Assembly: GCA_965212015.1 (NCBI GenBank)
Contig: OZ243037.1
Coordinates: forward strand, 1,408,001-1,472,000
Reading direction: 5' to 3'
Length of the DNA: 64,000 bases
Source of the DNA: Cenarchaeum sp.
GTDB lineage: Archaea > Thermoproteota > Nitrososphaeria > Nitrososphaerales > Nitrosopumilaceae
Of this stretch, positions 47,901-58,073 are shown piece after piece. Within the stretch, counting starts at the first letter, position 1, and every line of letters begins with the position of its first letter. Below the pieces are notes generated by a model. The model was not told the origin of the DNA. It made no database searches and saw only the letters and a program-made list of their open reading frames with translations. The translations under genes and the position numbers were made by a program.

Positions 47901-49160
47901 CTATGCAAGGGTTATGCGCCCGCCGGCCCGGTTGATATCGCCGACAAAGTCAGGATATGACACGGCTGCGGATTCGATATCAGAGACTGTGCACTCTCCG
48001 ATGTATATGCCGGCTATGCAAAACGCCATAGCCAGCCTGTGGTCATTATGGGAATCAAAGTCGGCCCTGGCAGGCTCTCCGGGCTTTATGACCATCCCGT
48101 CGGGTCTCTCTTGTATGTCCAGTCCCGCCTTTGCCAGCTCGTCACACAGTATTTTTATCCGGTCAGTCTCCTTGAGCCGCGCGTGGCCCACATTGTAAAT
48201 CTCAATCGGGTTTTTTGACTTTAGCGCCAGAATGGCAAGCGCCGGCAGGAGATCCGGCGTATTGTTCAAATCAAACCTTCCCCCGTTCAGTTTTTCGGGG
48301 GATTTTGTGACTAGCACGCCATCCTTTTCAGCTACCATAACTCCCAGCTTGCCCAGTATGTCCAAAAACGCGTCATCGCCCTGTGGCAGACTAGTGGTTT
48401 TGATCCCAATTGACAGCCCGTCGCCTACCAGTACGGCTGCCGACAGCAGCAGGGCCAGATTTGAGGCATCTGACGGCACGACAAAGTCAGTGCCGCTGTA
48501 CGGCTGGGGCGGAATGGAGTATTTTTTGTACACTTTGATTGTATCGACTGTTGCGCCAAATTTTTCCATCGTGGCAATTGTAGCATCAAGGTACGGCCTT
48601 GATACCAGATGACCGCCTATCTCCAGTGTAATGCCCTTTTCTGTGAGGGGTGCTGCCAGCATTAGCGCAGAGACAAACTGGCTTGATACGTCCCCTGAAA
48701 TGCCCACCTGGCCGCCTGCAATTATCCCGCTAATGGTAACCGGGGGATTTCCACCGTCTGATGTGCATTTTGCACCCATTGATTCCAAGGCGGCAAGCAG
48801 CGGCATCATTGGCCTTTTTCTCAAGCTGCCATCCCCCGTAAGGGAAGATTCTCCATCACCCAGCCCCGCGATGGCCGCCGCAATTCTTATCGTGGTCCCC
48901 GAGTTTGCCGCATCAATCCTGGCAGGCAGTATGGGGCCGCCGCCTTTTACCATAAGGGTAGAGTCCTCCCAGTGAATTTTCGCGCCAAACCCCCGGCACG
49001 CCCGTATTGTGGATTCCACATCCTCTGATTTCAATACGTCCTGTATCCTGCTAGTAGTGCGCGACAGCGCAGCAGCAAAGACGGCCCTGTGCGAATAGCT
49101 CTTGCTGGACGGACATGCAATTCTCCCGTCTAGCATTCCCCTTGTGGTTCTACAGGACAT
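47901..49160 (-). CDS. aroA: 3-phosphoshikimate 1-carboxyvinyltransferase
   Basis: SKSYSHR, NSGTTIR, SSQFVSAL, KETDR, DHRLAM, SYPDF. Confidence 0.95.
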   Translation of the reverse strand: MSCRTTRGMLDGRIACPSSKSYSHRAVFAAALSRTTSRIQDVLKSEDVESTIRACRGFGAKIHWEDSTLMVKGGGPILPARIDAANSGTTIRIAAAIAGLGDGESSLTGDGSLRKRPMMPLLAALESMGAKCTSDGGNPPVTISGIIAGGQVGISGDVSSQFVSALMLAAPLTEKGITLEIGGHLVSRPYLDATIATMEKFGATVDTIKVYKKYSIPPQPYSGTDFVVPSDASNLALLLSAAVLVGDGLSIGIKTTSLPQGDDAFLDILGKLGVMVAEKDGVLVTKSPEKLNGGRFDLNNTPDLLPALAILALKSKNPIEIYNVGHARLKETDRIKILCDELAKAGLDIQERPDGMVIKPGEPARADFDSHNDHRLAMAFCIAGIYIGECTVSDIESAAVSYPDFVGDINRAGGRITLA

Positions 49161-50001
49161 GTACCTCTGCCTTTTTGTTGTTTACGCGCGACGTGATTAT
49201 GCGCCCGTCGAGTGCGGAGAATACTTTTTTTATCCCGTTAATGTTTGCCTTTTTTGTCACGGCCGCTATGGCAGGACCATTCCCGGACACTGATGCGCCA
49301 AGGGCGCCCCTTCCCATCAGGTCGGCAATTATGCCGGGACTGGAGTCCAGTATTGCCGACGTGGCAAGCCCGTTTAGCACCATTGCGTTCCAATAGTCTG
49401 ACTTTCTGGCAAGGCTCCACGCCCTTTCAAACACGGGCGTGAGTGACTTTAATTTTTTTATGTTTCCGCGCTTTCTTGACTTGGGGACGAGTATCACCGC
49501 AAACAGATCCTTTGGGCTTTTTTGCGAGTGGACTATTCTCCGCCTGTGATTGTCAGTCACCACAAACCCGCCGTAATAGCACGCACATGCGTCGTCATAT
49601 GCTCCCGTCACGCTGACCCGGGTCTCGATGGACGCATTCACGCCGGCAAGCAGCACCTGCGAGTCATCCACTCTTCCCCGGAACAGTCTGGTGCACGCAA
49701 GGGCAACGGATGACGAGATTGCACTGGAGCTCTTTAGCCCGTATCCCACCGGAATGTCCGACTCTAGCACCACGCGCACCCTGTTTTTTTCCAGCTCTTT
49801 TTTCGGAACCACCCTTTGGATGGTCTTGGTTATCAGCCGGGAGCTGATGCTGCGCGTCTCTGACTCTATGGCTATGCCGCTTCCCCGGGACGTCTCGACT
49901 CTTGCGCGCACCCCGAGGTCTATTCCCAGTGTGGCCCCCCGTCCTGTGGCTATTGCGTTTACTATGGATACGGCGCCGTGGATGCCGGCCCGCGCTATCA
50001 T
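49150..50001 (-). CDS. aroK: Shikimate kinase, archaeal GHMP type
   Basis: GAVSIVNAIATG, GLKSSSA, SVTGAYDDA, SGNGP. Confidence 0.93.
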   Translation of the reverse strand: MIARAGIHGAVSIVNAIATGRGATLGIDLGVRARVETSRGSGIAIESETRSISSRLITKTIQRVVPKKELEKNRVRVVLESDIPVGYGLKSSSAISSSVALACTRLFRGRVDDSQVLLAGVNASIETRVSVTGAYDDACACYYGGFVVTDNHRRRIVHSQKSPKDLFAVILVPKSRKRGNIKKLKSLTPVFERAWSLARKSDYWNAMVLNGLATSAILDSSPGIIADLMGRGALGASVSGNGPAIAAVTKKANINGIKKVFSALDGRIITSRVNNKKAEVHVL

Positions 50002-50816
50002 TAGAAACCACCCAGCACTGCCTTTTTCATTGCCTCGTACGGGGCCTTTTTTTTGTGCCATATCTCAAAGGACCTGCATGCCTGTCCCAGAAGCATTTCG
50101 TATCCGTAGATTGTGGTGGCGCCTGCTTTTTTGGATTTTTTTATCAGATCCGTGTTCATCGGCATGTACACTATATCGTATATGACGGAGCTCTTGGGGA
50201 CTGACCGAATCGGGCTCTGCTCGCCCCTCAGCCCAATCGGGGTGGCATTCACTATGAACTTGTATCTTCCGGCGATCCCGTCTGCGTCCTCGAGTCTCGT
50301 CGAGTCTGAATTGAGGCCCAGGTTTATTGCAAGCCACGCCAGCTCGCCTGCTTTTTGCAGATTCCTGCTTGCGATTGTAATGCTGCCTGCCTTTTCTTTT
50401 GCAAATGCGGCAGTTATGGCCCTTGCGGCCCCGCCCGAGCCTAGCAGCAGCACGCTGGCATCCCTTACCTGTATGTTCCTCTTTTTGATGGGATCCATGA
50501 ATCCGTCCATGTCCGTATTGTACCCCTTTAGAACCCCGTCCGCATGCGTCACGGTATTGGCAGCACCGATCACGCTGCAGTCCTCGTCCATCCTGTCAAG
50601 GTACTTTATCATCCCGATTTTGTGGGGGACTGTAACGTTGAATCCGGCAATGTTTATTTTTTTGAGCGACTCTATGCCCTCCTCTAGCTCGTCCTTTGGA
50701 ATCCTGTACGCGATATAGGTGCACTCGAGGCCCGTCTCCTTGAATGCCGCATTGTGTATGTTCGGCGAGAGGGAGTGGTCTATCGGATCGCCGATTACCG
50801 CGTATGTGGCCGCCAT
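50001..50816 (-). CDS. aroE: Shikimate dehydrogenase
   Basis: HSLSPNIH, NVTVPHK, GYNTD, GSGGAA, NATPIG. Confidence 0.95.
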   Translation of the reverse strand: MAATYAVIGDPIDHSLSPNIHNAAFKETGLECTYIAYRIPKDELEEGIESLKKINIAGFNVTVPHKIGMIKYLDRMDEDCSVIGAANTVTHADGVLKGYNTDMDGFMDPIKKRNIQVRDASVLLLGSGGAARAITAAFAKEKAGSITIASRNLQKAGELAWLAINLGLNSDSTRLEDADGIAGRYKFIVNATPIGLRGEQSPIRSVPKSSVIYDIVYMPMNTDLIKKSKKAGATTIYGYEMLLGQACRSFEIWHKKKAPYEAMKKAVLGGF

Positions 50817-51017
50817 AATTTTTTCACGGGCATGATTCATTTAAACTAAATTGTTCGGGGTCTGGTCTGCGGATCCGCCGGATTTTGCAAAAAACCAATC
50901 CGTTACGGGTTTACACTGCCGGCATTCCGGGTAACAGGCTAGGTTCCGTACCTGCGGATCCAAACATCCCTCTTGAACCTAACCGGTTACCATTCCGGGT
51001 ACGGGGTCCTGGCCGGC

Positions 51018-51677
51018 CTAGATGATCCTTTTGATCTGCCTCAGGCTGAACTGTCCCGGTGCCACCGGCCTTCCCAGCGAGACATAGGTAAACGGGCTTC
51101 CCATGTACAGGCACAGAATCCTTGAAATCCTGCCCAGATCCCCCATTGCAAACGCAACCAGGCTGGTGTCCTTGGCGCAGGCATACAGCGCAAGCACGTA
51201 TGATGCGTCATGGATTTTTTTTGCACTCGTTACGATTTTCACGTATCTGGAGTACCGCCTCATCTCGGCAAGACGCCTCTGTAGCACCCCGATTCCAGGC
51301 GTCCTGCGAAAATCGTGCCACGAGACGAGCATGTCAGTACCGGTCTTTTTTATGAATGCCGCAAGCGCCCTGTCCTTTTTTATGGCGTTAAACTCGACAT
51401 CAATCAGAAACGGATCATAGCTGGCAATCAGCCTAAGAATTGATCTGCGCTCCTTTTCTGTCCCCGAAAACCGCCCGCCCTCTGACTTTGGCCTCAGCGT
51501 GCAGACGGTCCGGCCAAGGTGCCTCCCTGCGAGGTTTAGCGCCTCTGGAACCTGCGACGGATTAAGAAAGTCAAGGCGCAGCTCTGCAAAGTCGGACTCT
51601 TTTAGCGCCCGCCTGAGGACGGAACAGAGTTTTTTCGGGCTATTTTCTGCAATGGATACGCACGTCTTGTACTTCAT
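51018..51677 (-). CDS. aroD: 3-dehydroquinate dehydratase type I
   Basis: ELRLD, TLRPKSEGG, VSWHDF..TP, AMG..GRISR, APGQ. Confidence 0.93.
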   Translation of the reverse strand: MKYKTCVSIAENSPKKLCSVLRRALKESDFAELRLDFLNPSQVPEALNLAGRHLGRTVCTLRPKSEGGRFSGTEKERRSILRLIASYDPFLIDVEFNAIKKDRALAAFIKKTGTDMLVSWHDFRRTPGIGVLQRRLAEMRRYSRYVKIVTSAKKIHDASYVLALYACAKDTSLVAFAMGDLGRISRILCLYMGSPFTYVSLGRPVAPGQFSLRQIKRII

Positions 51678-52726
51678 TATTTCTCAACGATATACTCGTC
51701 AGAGACCTCCATTCCGAAATGCCTTCCGGTTGCAGGTGTGCAGTGGACCAGCACGGTGTCGCCCTTTTTGAGGTGCGTGACTGAGACCAGGCGGCCGTTT
51801 GGCTTTACAAACCGTATCGTCTCTGCGTCCTGCGCGATTATTCCGCCTATCTCGCCTCCGATCTTTGCCTTTATCATCAGCATCGGCCTCCGCTCCACCT
51901 TTGATCTTCCGACAGTCGCCCGCCTTGCCTTTCCCTTGGAATCCAGTATGAGCACCTCTGTTCCGGTCTCTATCTCAGAGAGGTATCTAGTAGTGCCGTC
52001 GGTGCCCAGCGTATAGCAGTGTACCGCGCCTGCGTTCACCCGAAACGGCCTCGGCGACGTAAAGGAGGATCCCACCGACTCGTTGTGGACCAAAAACATA
52101 AAGTTCGACCTGTTTCCCACCAGCATGCCCTCGCCCCTGTGGAGCATCGAGGCAGTGTCCACGCAGACGCGCTCGCCGTCGCCGACCTCCTTTATCTCTG
52201 TAATCTTTGCCGTGCCCAGCTCATAGCTCCGGGATCCCAGGTATACGAGGGCTTCCCTTACCTCGCCTATCGAGGATGCGGCAAATATCGCACCGTCCAC
52301 CCCGATTTCTAATATAGAGAACATCTTTCTGACCTCCTCTGGGCTTTTTGCAATGGCAAATATCTTTGTGTGAATCCTGTGCAGCTTTGCAATAATGTTC
52401 TCTAGCGGGATTATCTTCCAGTCCCTTACCTCCACTATTACAAAGTCAAGCCCCTTTTTTGCCTCATTTAGCACGTCTTCAATGTCGTCATTGGAGCGCA
52501 CCTTGAATCTGCGGCCGGCCTTTCTGCCCCTGGGTTTTGGCGCATTTTTGTCCAGCACCACGTACTTTGCCGCGCCAGACGTGTGTACGGTGTCAAGCTT
52601 TGAGCTGCCCAGATCCCCGGGATTCAGGTATACTGTACCTATGCCCTCTTTTTCCAGCTGGTGCAGAAATTTTGCCAGCTGCGCCCTGGGAACCTTTGGC
52701 GCAATTATGAGATCCTTTCTAGCCAA
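51677..52726 (-). CDS. 3-dehydroquinate synthase II (archaeal AroB')
   Basis: WKIIPLENIIA, GERVCVDT, RPFRVNAGAVH, KVERRPM, GRHFGM; TTG start inferred. Confidence 0.92.
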   Translation of the reverse strand: MARKDLIIAPKVPRAQLAKFLHQLEKEGIGTVYLNPGDLGSSKLDTVHTSGAAKYVVLDKNAPKPRGRKAGRRFKVRSNDDIEDVLNEAKKGLDFVIVEVRDWKIIPLENIIAKLHRIHTKIFAIAKSPEEVRKMFSILEIGVDGAIFAASSIGEVREALVYLGSRSYELGTAKITEIKEVGDGERVCVDTASMLHRGEGMLVGNRSNFMFLVHNESVGSSFTSPRPFRVNAGAVHCYTLGTDGTTRYLSEIETGTEVLILDSKGKARRATVGRSKVERRPMLMIKAKIGGEIGGIIAQDAETIRFVKPNGRLVSVTHLKKGDTVLVHCTPATGRHFGMEVSDEYIVEK

Positions 52727-53501
52727 GCTTTTTTGCAACTTCCTTGGCAGTCTCGCCTCTGAAAATAATTCCGGCCAGCGCCTGCACCATTTTTGGCGGG
52801 TTTTTGTGCGCAAATATGTTGCGGCCGTACGTCACGCCCTTGGCGCCTGCACCCATGGCGTCTTCTGTCATTTGCAGCACGTCCATGTCAGTATTTGCCT
52901 TTGGCCCGCCGGCAATCACCACCGGCACCGGCGTGCTCTTTACAATTCTGGCAAACGAGTCGGCATCCCCCGTGTACAGCGTCTTTACAATGTCCGCCCC
53001 AAGCTCGGCGCCGATTCTTGCAACGTGGGCTACAATGTCCGGATCGTGCGGGTTTTTGATGTTTTCGCCGCGCGGATACATCATTGCAAGCAAAGGCACG
53101 CTCCACTTGTGGCACTCGCCTGCTATTGCCCCCAGCTGCTCGAGCATTTCTGGCTCTTCTTTTCCGCCAATGTTTATGTGGAGAGAAACCCCGTCTGCGC
53201 CGAGCCTGACGGCCTCTGCGACTGAGCCTGTCAGCATCTTTCTGTTCGGCGCACTAGACAGAATGGTACTGGACGAATAATGGACCAAAATGCCCGCCCT
53301 TGTGGGCCTCGGCATCGTCCTGAGAATACCCTTGTTTATAATCACGCTTGTCAGGCCGTGGCTCTCGCAGCCAAATATCACAGAGTGCGGATCCTCAAGG
53401 CCCTTCATGGGGCCGTTGGATATGCCGTGATCCATCGGGATGCAGAGCATCTTTCCCTTTCTCAGGATGCGGTTCAGCCTGATCTGTAATCCTGTTACCA
53501 T
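52719..53501 (-). CDS. 2-amino-3,7-dideoxy-D-threo-hept-6-ulosonate synthase (AroA', class I aldolase)
   Basis: PMDHG, MMYPRG, GADIVKT.YTGD, AGGPK, GRNIF; heads the aro operon. Confidence 0.9.
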   Translation of the reverse strand: MVTGLQIRLNRILRKGKMLCIPMDHGISNGPMKGLEDPHSVIFGCESHGLTSVIINKGILRTMPRPTRAGILVHYSSSTILSSAPNRKMLTGSVAEAVRLGADGVSLHINIGGKEEPEMLEQLGAIAGECHKWSVPLLAMMYPRGENIKNPHDPDIVAHVARIGAELGADIVKTLYTGDADSFARIVKSTPVPVVIAGGPKANTDMDVLQMTEDAMGAGAKGVTYGRNIFAHKNPPKMVQALAGIIFRGETAKEVAKKLG

Positions 53502-53619
53502 GGGTGATCTGCTTGTAGTGTCCTACTTAAAAATAACGTGCTTTTTTCTTGCGGCCTTTCCTGCGGCAAATCCCCTCTCAAGGATTAAATAAGCTCCAAA
53601 AAACGTCACATCAAGTTAA

Positions 53620-54738
53620 TTGAGCCAGATCATTGAGCAGCTTTATTCAAGTGAAATCGGGGACATACTTGACGATTCCCTTGACGGAAAGAGGCCCGGC
53701 ATGGACGGCTGCCTGAGGCTATTAGAGTCCGACGACGTGCACCTGATGGGGATGGTGGCAGGACACCTGACAAAAAAGCGCTTCGGGCGCAAGGCGTCCT
53801 TTGTTAACAACATTATACTAAACTATACCAACGTGTGTATAACTGACTGCAAGTTTTGCGCGTTTTACCGCCCCCCAAACGACAAGGAATCCTACACGCT
53901 CACCCTAGACGAGATAGAGGCGCGCGTCAGGACCGCGCGGGACATGTTCGGCATTAGGCAGGTGCTCATTCAGGGCGGGCACAATCCCGGACTCTCGCTG
54001 GAATACTATGAGGACGCCTTTAGGATGATCCGCTCAAAGTACCCCGAAATAGGGATACACGGCCTGTCGGCATCGGAAATTGACATGATAGCCAGAGTTG
54101 AAAACTCGTCGACCAAGGAGGTCCTCTTGCGGCTAAAGGAGGCCGGACTCCAAAGCGTCCCAGGTGCGGGTGCCGAAATTTTGGTAGACGAGGTCAAAGA
54201 TGTAATCAGCCCCAAAAAGATTACAAGCGACGAGTGGGTCAGGATTATGGACGAGGCGCACTCTGCCGGCCTGCCTGCGTCTGCCACAATGATGTACGGC
54301 CACGTAGAGTCAAACCGCGACATTGCAGAGCACTTGATCAGGATTACGCGGCTGCAAGAAAAGACCGGCGGATTTATGGCATTTATTCCGTGGAGCTTTG
54401 AGCCAAACAACACGCTCATGCAGCAGGAGCATACGGTGGAGTATGGCGCCGGCGGAAACCAGCTGCTAAAAATGATTGCGATATCGCGGATCTGCTTTGA
54501 TGGCCTCATACCGCACATACAGTCGTCATGGCTTACAAACGGGGTCGGGATGGCCCAGGCGGCCCTGCGGTACGGGGCAGATGACTTTGGCGGGACGCTG
54601 ATAGGGGAGGAGGTCGTCTCGTGTACCGGCTCGCGCTCTACTGAGCTCACCGATCAAAAGATAATCGATTCCATCCGCCAGATTGGCTATCAGGTAGAAG
54701 AGCGCGACAATTTCTACTGTACCGTAAAGATGCACTAG
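53620..54738 (+). CDS. mqnC: Radical SAM MqnC/CofH-family protein (cyclic dehypoxanthine futalosine synthase)
   Basis: NYTNVCITDCKFCAF, IQGGH, PGAGAEIL, ATMMYGHVE, FIPWSF; next to UbiD. Confidence 0.85.
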   Translation: MSQIIEQLYSSEIGDILDDSLDGKRPGMDGCLRLLESDDVHLMGMVAGHLTKKRFGRKASFVNNIILNYTNVCITDCKFCAFYRPPNDKESYTLTLDEIEARVRTARDMFGIRQVLIQGGHNPGLSLEYYEDAFRMIRSKYPEIGIHGLSASEIDMIARVENSSTKEVLLRLKEAGLQSVPGAGAEILVDEVKDVISPKKITSDEWVRIMDEAHSAGLPASATMMYGHVESNRDIAEHLIRITRLQEKTGGFMAFIPWSFEPNNTLMQQEHTVEYGAGGNQLLKMIAISRICFDGLIPHIQSSWLTNGVGMAQAALRYGADDFGGTLIGEEVVSCTGSRSTELTDQKIIDSIRQIGYQVEERDNFYCTVKMH

Positions 54739-56168
54739 ATGCCATAGCTTGCCCATCTGGAATCGACCAGCTCGGCAGTCGCCTGGTCTGCTGCCACCTG
54801 CTCCTGAATCTCCCTTTTGAATCCCTCTTCGGCGGTTTTCTGGGTGGCGTCGATTCCCAGCTTTGAGCCCAGGTTTACAAGCGGCGAGGCCGGATCCAGC
54901 GTGTCAGTTGGCGTATTGTCTATTATTATGGTGTCCCTTGCCGCATCGGCCCTGGTGGTGACTGCCCAGATGACCTCGTTTATGTCGTGGACGTTTACGT
55001 CCTCATCCACTATTACGATGATCTTTGTCAGCGCCAGCTGCCCCAGCCCCCACAGCCCCATCATGACCTTTTTTGCCTGGCCGGGATATCTCTTTTTGAT
55101 CGACACTATGGCAAAGCCCTGGAACCACCCGGATGCCGGCATTGCAAAATCGGCCACCTCCGGCTGGAACATCCTGACTAGCGGCAGAAACGACCTCTCT
55201 ATTACCTTGCCAATGTATGCGTCCTCCAGCACCGGCTTTCCCACCACGGTAGTCAGGTATACCGGTTCTTTTCGCCGCATCACCCCAGTCAGTGTAAAGG
55301 TGGGATACGGCTCCTTTGGGGTGTAATATCCGGTGTGATCCCCAAACGGCCCCTCGTCTCTGAGATCGGCAGAATCCACGTATCCTTCCAGAACAATCTC
55401 TGCGTTTGCCGGAACCTCCAGGTCTATGGTCCTGCATTTTACGGTCTTGATTCCCCGCCTTCTGGTAATGCCCGCAAACAGATACTTGTCCAACCCCTCG
55501 GGAACCGGGGCCACTGCAGAAAATACCGTTGCAGGCTCGCCCCCGATAATCACCGCTACATCAATTTTACCCCCGCTGATCTCAGAGTGCTGCGCGCCGC
55601 GCTTGTGCTTTTGCCAGTGCATCAGCGCGTGCGTGTCATCAAGTATCTGCATCCTGTATACGCCCAAATTTCTGACCCCAGTCTCCGGGTGCCTTGTTGC
55701 GACCAGCCCGAGCGTGATGAATCGTCCTGCGTCGTTTGGCCACGTTTTTAGTATGGGAATGTCCCCAAACGACGGGCTGTCTGACACCACCTGCGTCACG
55801 GGGCCGCTTTTTTCGGGCTTGGGAAACGCATCGCCCATCTTTGATAGCTCGGGCAGCTTTTTTAGCTTGCCGAACAGTCCCGGCGGGACGTCCATCCTTG
55901 TCATGTCCACAATCCTCTGCCCGATCTGCGTAAAATCCCCAGTCTCCAGCCCGATCTCCATTCTTTTCATTGATCCAAACGCGTTGCCCAGAACGGGCAT
56001 GCCGTACCCCCTTACGTCCTCGAATAGAACGGCCGGGCCGTTTGAGTACATTGTCCTGCGGAGAATCTCTGCAATCTCCAGGTCTGCGTCGACCTGCTCT
56101 TTTACCCTTTTTAGCTGGCCTGCGTCCTCCAGGGCGCCGATGAATCCCCGCATGTCCTCGATTGGCAT
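54735..56168 (-). CDS. UbiD-family decarboxylase (menaquinone biosynthesis)
   Basis: NLGVYRMQ, EGPFGDHTGYY, KKRYPGQ, GSKLGIDAT. Confidence 0.92.
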   Translation of the reverse strand: MPIEDMRGFIGALEDAGQLKRVKEQVDADLEIAEILRRTMYSNGPAVLFEDVRGYGMPVLGNAFGSMKRMEIGLETGDFTQIGQRIVDMTRMDVPPGLFGKLKKLPELSKMGDAFPKPEKSGPVTQVVSDSPSFGDIPILKTWPNDAGRFITLGLVATRHPETGVRNLGVYRMQILDDTHALMHWQKHKRGAQHSEISGGKIDVAVIIGGEPATVFSAVAPVPEGLDKYLFAGITRRRGIKTVKCRTIDLEVPANAEIVLEGYVDSADLRDEGPFGDHTGYYTPKEPYPTFTLTGVMRRKEPVYLTTVVGKPVLEDAYIGKVIERSFLPLVRMFQPEVADFAMPASGWFQGFAIVSIKKRYPGQAKKVMMGLWGLGQLALTKIIVIVDEDVNVHDINEVIWAVTTRADAARDTIIIDNTPTDTLDPASPLVNLGSKLGIDATQKTAEEGFKREIQEQVAADQATAELVDSRWASYGI

Positions 56169-56268
56169 AATGGAGCTGGATTTTTGCAAAGTATAAGCTT
56201 AACTGGATTCGTACAGGCAGGATTCGGCAGGCTGTGTAGATGCGTTATAATTAGAGCCGGATGAACGG

Positions 56269-56505
56269 ATGCCGTTGGGGGATAAAAAATGCGCAGTATG
56301 CAATGGCGAGGGGACCATAAAGCTGCTCGGCTCGCAGTGCCCGTTTTGCAACGGCACAGGCGAGTTTACAAGCACGGCAAAGGCGTACCTCGAGTCCCAC
56401 ATATGCCAGTGCATCTTTTTGGACAGGAAAAAATGCCCATTATGCGGAAAACGCTGCCATCACGACACGCCAAACAAGCCCAAGGTCCTAGTCGGGCCCG
56501 CGTGA
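56269..56505 (+). CDS. Small multi-zinc-finger protein with DnaJ-like CxxCxGxG motifs
   Basis: CAVCNGEG, CPFCNGTG, CQC, CPLCGKRCHH. Confidence 0.7.
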   Translation: MPLGDKKCAVCNGEGTIKLLGSQCPFCNGTGEFTSTAKAYLESHICQCIFLDRKKCPLCGKRCHHDTPNKPKVLVGPA

Positions 56506-56507
56506 GT

Positions 56508-56888
56508 CTATTCTATGGGCGGAATTTCGCTTTTCCTGCCGTGGCCGCCGGAGCCGAACTTGCAGTAAAAACACATGTCTGACTGCATGTGGGCGAGCTG
56601 CTCGACCTGGATTGCGCCCACCTTTAGCGCGATTTTTGTGAGCAGCTTGTACTTTAACGGCATTGCGGGAATTACCTCGTTTATGTACACCATATAGTGA
56701 TCCGGGCAGAACTTTAACGTCACCCTGCTTGGCTCCCCACCCTTTTGGTTTACCTGCTTTGTAAAATTAATCTGCTCCCTGATGTACTCGTGCTTGGGGC
56801 ACGGGCAGTCCTTTCCCCCGGGATGCTTGTATGCCGGGGTGTTCTTCCAGTCGAATCCGGGATACTCTTTTTCAAAATCATCCAACAC
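56508..56888 (-). CDS. Cys/His-rich hypothetical protein
   Basis: CPCPKH, FCPDH, CFYC. Confidence 0.65.
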   Translation of the reverse strand: MLDDFEKEYPGFDWKNTPAYKHPGGKDCPCPKHEYIREQINFTKQVNQKGGEPSRVTLKFCPDHYMVYINEVIPAMPLKYKLLTKIALKVGAIQVEQLAHMQSDMCFYCKFGSGGHGRKSEIPPIE

Positions 56889-57050
56889 GCATGTTATGCC
56901 CTCTATGTTTATAAAACTTGGTTTGCCCTACAGCGGGGCCGGCACCCCTTTCCAGCCCGGACACGAACCCTGAAAACCCCGGTTTTTGCGCCGTACCGCA
57001 GATCGGCCTGTAACAGAAAACTACTTTTGTAGCGAGACACGACTGGTCTC

Positions 57051-57242
57051 ATGCGGCCAGGCATTGCGTGCCCCAACTGCGGGGAGGACGAATGGCTCGA
57101 AAACCCGAACCTGCACTATCTTCCCAGGGTTGACCGGGACGGGGACGGGGCATACACGGCAGATGCCAGCAACGGGATTCACGTGAGGATATGGCGGTGC
57201 AACAACTGCATGTTTATAATGCCGTTCTGGGAGCCCGACTAG
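57051..57242 (+). CDS. Small zinc-ribbon protein
   Basis: CPNCG...WRCNNC. Confidence 0.65.
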   Translation: MRPGIACPNCGEDEWLENPNLHYLPRVDRDGDGAYTADASNGIHVRIWRCNNCMFIMPFWEPD

Positions 57243-57305
57243 GCAGTCACGGGGCAGGCGACGATCAAAATGTAAATAAAGTGCATCCTGTCTAAAAAAG
57301 GCCGT

Positions 57306-58058
57306 ATGGCTACAAAAAAATCTTCAAAGTCTAGCAAAAAAGACCTTGAAAACAAGATTGCCAATCTTGAAAAGCAGCTAAAGCAGATGGCTATGGCGTC
57401 AAAGTCAAAGCCGGCTCCAAAACCAAAGCCAGCAGAGATCAAGCCCGCTCCAAAACCAGAGCAGGCAAAAGCGGTGCCAAAACCGGCAAAAAAACCAGAT
57501 GCGCCAACGCTTGCAAACAACTCGCAGGCACTGGAGGTCATCTACAGGGATTCCGCAATGTCAAACCCGTTTGACTACAAGACAAAGACTCCCGGTTATT
57601 CGCCTGGTCCGAACAGATACTTTGAGAGGCTGCATGCAAAGAGGGGCAGTGCGCCCACTACTGACTGGAACTTTCAAAAGGCCAAAGTCACGGGGTATAC
57701 CGCACCGTCCAACAATTACTTTGCAACAAGACAGCGACTGGCATACCATCCCGCCGACAAGCGTTTTGACGGGTTTGGATACAAGATAGAGGGCGTAGAG
57801 GCACCCACACAGACGCAGCAGGCCCCGCCCCCGCAGCCACCAAAACCGGATGCGGCACTGCCAAAGGAATCGCCTAGCAGGGGCACTGCCCCAAAGAGCG
57901 ATCTGGATGCATACGAGGCGGACTATCTTGCAAGGCTGGACAAGGATGCACAAGAGGCGCGCGAACTAGAGGCGGCAGCAAGGGAGCTGGTAGCCAAGAA
58001 ACGATCCGAGAATCCAAGCGCTTCGTCTTCAAAGGGCACACTACCAAAGGGTTTCTGA
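57306..58058 (+). CDS. Low-complexity K/P/A-rich protein
   Basis: Basic N-terminus, short coiled coil, PKP repeats, duplicated GY(S/T)xxxNxYF motif. Confidence 0.75.
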   Translation: MATKKSSKSSKKDLENKIANLEKQLKQMAMASKSKPAPKPKPAEIKPAPKPEQAKAVPKPAKKPDAPTLANNSQALEVIYRDSAMSNPFDYKTKTPGYSPGPNRYFERLHAKRGSAPTTDWNFQKAKVTGYTAPSNNYFATRQRLAYHPADKRFDGFGYKIEGVEAPTQTQQAPPPQPPKPDAALPKESPSRGTAPKSDLDAYEADYLARLDKDAQEARELEAAARELVAKKRSENPSASSSKGTLPKGF

Positions 58059-58073
58059 CCCGAACAATCTTTT

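Noticed and set aside
50841-51017. Intergenic gap with two CATTCCGGGTA copies between aroD and aroE
   Set aside because: Only an 11-bp duplication; no ORF or RNA structure that I can support
43062-56196. Long antisense ORFs (e.g. 43062..43769, 52395..53225, 55426..56196)
   Set aside because: Shadow ORFs opposite well-supported conserved genes, with no motifs
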